This document shows, in pieces, positions 57,760 to 64,000 of a DNA stretch of 64,000 bases. Each line of letters begins with the position of its first letter. Position 1 is the stretch's first letter. The translations under genes and the position numbers were made by a program. This stretch comes from Eledone cirrhosa (taxonomy: Eukaryota): NCBI GenBank assembly GCA_964016885.1, contig OZ024740.1:115630001-115694000 (forward strand). The letters run 5' to 3'. Below the pieces are notes generated by a model. That model did no database searches. It saw nothing but the letters and a program-made list of their open reading frames with translations, and was not told the DNA's origin.

Positions 57760-58745
57760 TCTTAACTATAATAAAGGAAGGTCTGCGGGATTGCGTCCAG
57801 AATATATTTTTTTACCCCGTTTGTAAAATAAGTTGGATTACTTTGAATAAATAATTGTTTCTACTTTAGGCACAAGGCCAGCAATTATCCCAGTGTATTA
57901 CTGGTACTTTATTTTATCGACCCCGTAAGAATGAAAGGCAAAGTTAACCTCGGCGGGATTTGAACTCAGACCACAAAGGGCCATAACTCTATGTTGCAAA
58001 GCATAGCGTCCGACCCTCTACCAATACTGCCAATCCACACTTTGAATAAATAATTGTTTCTACTTTAGGCACAAGGCCAGCAATTAACCAGTGCATTACT
58101 GGTACTTTATTTTATCGACCCCGTAAGGACTTTGAATAAATAATTGTTTCTACTTTAGGCACAAGGCCAGCAATCACACCAGTGCATTACTGGTACTTTA
58201 TTTTATCGACCCCGTAAGGATGAAAGGCAAAGTCAACCTCGGCGGGATTTGAACTCAGATCATAAAGGGACGTAACTATGCTGGAAAGCATGGCGTCCGA
58301 CCCTCTACCGATACTCCCAATCCACCGGACTTTGAATAAATAATGAATGAATATTACATAATTTATGTGCTAAATTTCGTGGCTGTTGATTAAATATATT
58401 TTATAGCTTATTTAAAGATATTTAAAATTCAATTCTTTAAAATTATCAAATGTCAACACTTCCGGTTAGCGGCCGTTATATTATAACACTTATAATCGCA
58501 TATATTTCCGTCGCTAATTTTCTCCTAATGCAGTTTATATATAATGTCGTCTTTTTTTTTTTATATCATGGATTACTGATTACAGAAGACAGTGTAACAT
58601 AGGCTTTGTTCAATTTCTGTGTATATTGTCAATTACGATTTTATTTGATGTATCATATTTACATGCATATATATTTGTGTATAATATCAATATACACATT
58701 ACACATGCTAGCAGAAAACCACCCGAAGGGTGGTTTTTCTGCTAG
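57760..58745 (+). mobile_element. Non-autonomous Helitron containing a tandem SINE array
   Basis: A|TCTTAACTATAATAAAGG 5' end; 3' aaaaccaccc-gaa-gggtggtttt hairpin then CTAG|T. Full, partial and full antisense SINE units at 57840-58345, each starting actttgaataaataat. Confidence 0.85.
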
Positions 58746-59514
58746 TTGATAGTAATAAATCTATGAAACAGTGGCAAATCTAAATATAATTTCCAGCATA
58801 TTTATCAAGCTTAATAACAAAAATAAAGAAATGGCAAAATTAGAAACAAAATGTAATGTATAAATATCATGTCACTATAGTATCGATCGCTCAACCAGGA
58901 AAATGATCAAATAACAAGATATAGAGGTAAGCAGGTCTGTATTAGTATTCCCAAAAATGTATATAATTGTCCTCTTCGTGTTTTCTCTGCACAAATGTAT
59001 GAGTATTATTTCTTTGTTTTGTATTTTACATTCAAAAGAATTCTTTGTTGATATATAGAAAACAGTATAGACATGAAATACCTATTTAATAGAAATATTT
59101 CTAGAGTTATTAAGGTTTTAGCTATATAGCAAATATTGCATGAATAACGAAATCGCTGCTGTGTTAAATTTTCTGTTTTCTATAATATATTTACTGGAGA
59201 TGTGGCTGTTAATCGTTATGTACTTATTTAAAGAAAACATTAAAAGCCATGAAAATTATTTATTTAACCTACGAGAGGAATTAGCTGAGGTGGGTAATAA
59301 AAAGCGTTGAAAATGTATGCAGAATGCGAGCAACACATTGTAAAATTGCCTATATCTGCATTAACATAGCTTTATCTGACAATGTAACCTTCGACGTTTA
59401 GACAGAAAATATATGTGTGTGTGTGTGTTTATACATGCATATACAAATAGGACATCTCATTTTTTTTCATTTAAAAAAACCTCATTTTCTTATATATATA
59501 TATATAAAATGAGG

Positions 59515-59565
<51 letters not shown>

Positions 59566-59569
<4 letters not shown>

Positions 59570-59757
59570 CCTGTCAACTCACCCATCGTGACGGGGAGAT
59601 CTCCCACCTACTTTGGGGTGGGTGAGAGATGTCTTCTCTTGTGAAAATGGGCATAGCTTTCATTGTGTAAAATCTCTCCATTTTGTCTCATTTCTCCTCG
59701 TGTTGGGGCACTTTTTTGCATGGACTCCCGTTTGGGTATTAGAGGTTGGCAGGTCTG
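59566..59757. mobile_element. MITE with CAG-starting TIRs (hAT-like) in (TA)n
   Basis: cagacctgtcaac / gttggcaggtctg. Confidence 0.7.
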
Positions 59758-59774
59758 ATATATATATATATATA

Positions 59775-59901
59775 GTCACATAGTTACCCGCTGAGCTCGC
59801 GGTAGATCCTCTACTTCCACTAATATACCCACCCTACATCTTACCATGTATCGAGTACTTCTTTGATTTGTGGTCTTCCCGGTACCACCACAGACTATCA
59901 A
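59775..59901 (+). mobile_element. Short (TA)n-flanked terminal fragment with GTATCGAGTAC box
   Basis: Box at 59848-59858, about 43 nt before (TA)n. Confidence 0.45.
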
Positions 59902-60004
59902 TATATATATACATAACTGTATATTTTAAAAGGTGCAGAATGTAAAATGTTCAATCTCCAAAGAAAAAGGTATAAGCTTAAACATATGGCATATAATCCC
60001 TTTA

Positions 60005-60368
60005 TAATAATGGTTTCTTATATAGGCACAAGGCCAGCAATTTTGGGGGAGGGGAAAGTCGATTAAATCGACCCCAGTGCGTGACGGGTACTTTATTTTA
60101 TCGACCCCCGTAAGGATGAAAGGCAAAGTTAACCTCGGCGGGATTTTAACTCAGAACGTAAAGGCCATAACTCTATGCTACAAAGCATTGCATCCGACCC
60201 TCTACCGATACCTGAACCTTTTGCTTAACCATCTCTTTTGATCTCAGGACATCATTCATGTTTTTATTATTACTAATTGACAGTATCGGTAGAGGGTCGG
60301 ACGCAATGCTTTGTAGCATAGAGTTATGGCCTTTACGTTCTGAGTTCAAATCCCACCGAGGTTAACTT
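60005..60368. mobile_element. Major-family SINE (minus) with an inverted duplicate of its head
   Basis: 60126-60211 is almost exactly the reverse complement of 60283-60368. Confidence 0.85.
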
Positions 60369-60619
60369 GGCCCAACGTTTTCACAGATATGAAAAGAGAA
60401 ACAAATTTTACAGATAAAATATATTTAAAGCTGATACTAAAAGATTTTACAGAAAGTTGAAGAATAGGAATTGGAGGATATTACAATGCAGGAACTAACT
60501 CAAGCTCTATCTAAAATTTATAAATGGAAGTTTCCTGGGCATGATAAAATCCCAAACTTCCGGCATCTCCGAAAATACTACTCCAGGAAGTCATTTATTT
60601 AGTTTTCTAAGCCACTTTT

Positions 60620-60890
60620 TCACTACAAGAGTGTGGAACCCTGTCAAAGGCTTTCTTCACGTCAACGAATGCAAGGTGTAATGATTTTCTAAGAACTTCT
60701 GTGTTTGTCTTACTAAGAAGAGCGCATGAATGACACTCCGTCTTGGCACAAACGCAAACTGAATCTCATCAAAGCTAATTTTCTTCTTAATCAGTTGTCC
60801 TAAGTATCCTCGTATAACTCCTGTTACATTCATAACTCGATCCATCAATTTGATGTCTTTCTTGTTGCTTCTTTTTAGAGCACTTATGGC
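60620..60890 (-). pseudogene. RTE LINE reverse transcriptase fragment
   Basis: IKLMDRVMNV...ISFDEIQFAFVPRRSVIHALFLVRQTQ, followed by a frameshifted AFVDxKKAFDRVP-like segment. Confidence 0.7.
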
Positions 60891-61246
60891 AGCTGGTGAT
60901 GATACTACTACGTCAGTCATTGGGTTTGACACCTTCCTGTATTACCTCATTGACTATGTGAATTACAAGCATGTCTTACTTTGCCGAATATTTTCAGTAT
61001 CTCAGCTACTATCCCTGATGCTCCAATTGTATCTTTTACTTTCATATCCATAATTGCCTTTTCGGTCGTACAACTGTCAACTTCAGTAGCTGGTCCCTTT
61101 GTTTGGCTCTATATACCATATCTCCTGTAGACTCTGTATACTATGCATTATCCTCCTTCAGCAATCTCTTGTGGTAGCATTTCCATAACTCTCCTCTCTC
61201 ATTATAGTTCACAATCTGTTCGCCTGACGTTTACATGAATGTCGAC

Positions 61247-61283
<37 letters not shown>

Positions 61284-61744
61284 ACCTACCTACATATCTA
61301 TCTATCTATCTATCTAACTATCTCTCTCTTTCTCTTTCCCTCTCTCTCTCTCTCGCCTAAGTATTCATCTAATATTTCTCTCAATATTTTTCTTTCTCTT
61401 TCACCTCTATCGGCAGAGCCACTGGTTTCTCTTTCCAGTGAGACACTGAGAGGAAAACAAGCAAACGAAAGAAAAAGATAGATTCATGACTAAGTGTTTA
61501 CTACATAAGATGTACTTTTAAGCAAAATCTCATGTCTGCTCTATGTAATCGCTTGACATGCTAAAGATAGCAGATAAATCTTCTTGAACTGACCGTATTT
61601 GTAATGAAGTTGTACATTGTATTCTAATTAATTAATTAATCAATAATTTGGAGGGATTTACTAAAATTATTGTTTTCTTATTTAGATGATATTTATTTTA
61701 TAAAAGATTTCGATATAAAAATAGTGAAGTGAGTTGTTTAATAG

Positions 61745-62045
61745 TTAGAGTGTTAGAATTACAATTGTGAGGTTGTAAGTTCAATTCCCAGACCTGGCGG
61801 GACGTTGTGCAAGACACTTTATTTCATGATGCTCCAGTTCATTCAGCTTTAGAAATGAGATGTGACGTTACTGGTGCCAAGTTGTATCGGTACTTTGCCT
61901 TGGATAATATCGATGGCATGGAGAGAAGAGACTGGTATGCATGGGCGACTGTAGGGTTTCCACAAAAACACCTTGTTCGGGTTTGTGCTTCTGGGGAGAA
62001 TTTTCTCGGTGCAAAACCCATGGTCATCCGTGACCGAAGGGGGTC
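61745..62045 (+). mobile_element. tRNA-derived SINE, family of 4193-4505
   Basis: gttcaattcc B box and shared body. Confidence 0.8.
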
Positions 62046-62580
62046 ATTACTCTTTTTACCCTATATAAACTTATGTTGGGAGGTGTTAATTTAAATAGGA
62101 ACCCTTTAAAATGGCTAGTTTTGTTTCACAGGACCAGAGATGGTTTGAGAAAGGTTGATATCAAAAGAGTTCGAGGAATCACACCCTTCTGTCTCACAAA
62201 AAAAACAAAAAAACATGGGCACTTTATATAATGTAGTCCTAGATTATGTGTTTGAAACAGAGAAAAGATGTTTACTCCAGCAAGGCATTTCATTGTAGAT
62301 CTGCTCAAAAAAGATACACCTGGGGTTAAACAACGACAATTACAACAGCAGCTAATAAAGCGGTTTTGTAAATGTTAGATATACATCGGTAAAGCGGAAA
62401 GATCTAACTAAACCTGTAAGATATGCAATCGCTGTACCATGAGGAAATGCAATATCTATCTTGTGCAATGACGTATGTGGGGGGGGGGGGGGGCAGAGGT
62501 TGTGCTACTCTGTTTTACCTACTAATCTCGCATAGGTACTACTTGAAAATAACGATACAAACGTTAGACTATTTCTATAC

Positions 62581-63340
62581 ATAATGGTTTCTAATTTAGG
62601 CACAAGGCCAACAATTTTGGAGGGAAGGGCAAGTTAATTAAATCAACCTCAGTGCATTACTGGTGCTTATTTTATCGACCCTGTAAGGATGAAAGATAAA
62701 GCTAACCTTGGCGGACTGCAAAGCATGTTGTCTGACGCTCTACCGATACTGTTAATCCACCGTTTGACTTAACTCATTTGATACCAAACCACTCTTGATT
62801 TTACGATACAAACCTGTATATTTTGAAGTGTTTATCTTCCATCATAATTTTATCTAAAACCCTTTATTAACTTATGCTCCAAATACCAACTTAATAAGAA
62901 GAAAATCCCTTATATTATTAAATCCTTCTAAATTTTCGATTATATTCAAAAGGATTTGAAAATTACAAGCAGTTTCTTTTATGAGAAATGTGGTAACGAA
63001 AGAGTTTATATTTATCTCAAAACATTCCATCGTAATTTTATGTAAGAACATTTGTTAAAGTATACCCGATATGATAATGGTTTCTGATACTGCCAATCCG
63101 CCAACCTTAGCACAACTTAATAAAGATTTCTGATTCAGACACAAGGCCAACCATTTTGGGAGTAGGGGAAAGTAGATTAAATCGACTCCAGTGCATTACT
63201 GGTACTTTATTTTATCGACCCCGTAAGGATGAAAGTCAAAGCTAACCTCGGTGAGATTTGAACTCAAAGCGCAAAGGGCTATAACTCTATGACGCAAAGC
63301 ATATTGTCCTACGCTCTACCGATTCTGCCAATCTACCACC
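62581..63340 (-). mobile_element. Major-family SINE copies (62581-62765, 63120-63340) around a possible TTAA-flanked piggyBac-type MITE (62773-63004)
   Basis: SINE motifs as above. TTAA-ctcatttgatacca ... tggtaacgaaagag-TTTA. Confidence 0.65.
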
Positions 63341-63862
63341 CTTACCCCAGCTTAATAATGAAACAGTTAATTATACTGCTATATCCCTTCCAAATTCTTG
63401 ACTATTTTCGAATGTATATGAAAGTCATAAGCACTATCTTTCATTAGAAATATGGTAACGAAAGGGTTTAATCTTAGTATCTAAATGTAAGTATAGTAAG
63501 ATTTGAAAACAAATTACAACGAAGTCATGTCATGAAATGGTAAGCACAGAACTATTGTGAATATTACAACAAAAAAAAACATTTACCATTTTTGGTGGGT
63601 GTGAAGCATTCATCTAGTACAGTCAGAATGTACTCCCTTGATCTTATGTGGATATCTATTACGATCAGATTATAGTTCTGGCGTTGAGACCAAACACAGT
63701 AGCACTTACTACCTCGACCTAGTAAGGAGGTTGATTCAACCCTAGAATCATATTATCTTGCCAAATATTCTCAGTGACCTCCAAAGAATGAATAGAGGTC
63801 ACAATGTTAAAGTACAACAACGCAAATAGTGCTTATATGTGTGTGCATGTGTATGTGTTTGC

Positions 63863-63927
<65 letters not shown>

Positions 63928-64000
63928 CATACATACATAGATATACATATATAAATATATACATATATTATTATTACTATTATATATATATATATATATA

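Overview
Repeat-dominated, AT-rich eukaryotic DNA, intronic or intergenic. The microsatellite load and SINE types suggest an octopus or other cephalopod, which is an inference. No intact host gene is visible; there is one candidate exon at 2649-2861. Almost all listed ORFs are microsatellite artefacts. Recognisable content: (1) a 5'-truncated Neptune-type Penelope-like element (PLE) at 16763-19275, inserted in (TA)n, with a minimal hammerhead ribozyme (HHR) at its 3' end; (2) three tandem Tx1/L1-clade LINE copies at 23072-31587, each bounded by (GATA)n; (3) four non-autonomous Helitrons, two of which carry SINE arrays; (4) many tRNA-derived SINEs, RTE/RLE LINE fragments, a transposase remnant and MITEs; (5) a 2.8-kb palindrome. 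The most striking unexplained signal is about a dozen short non-coding inserts inside (TA)n tracts. They carry type I hammerhead motifs of several sequence families, often form fold-backs with one arm extended by a tail, and share a GTATTGAGTAC-like box about 45 nt from the (TA)n junction. Together these look like a microsatellite-targeted, ribozyme-bearing PLE/retrozyme system. All folds were derived by eye.
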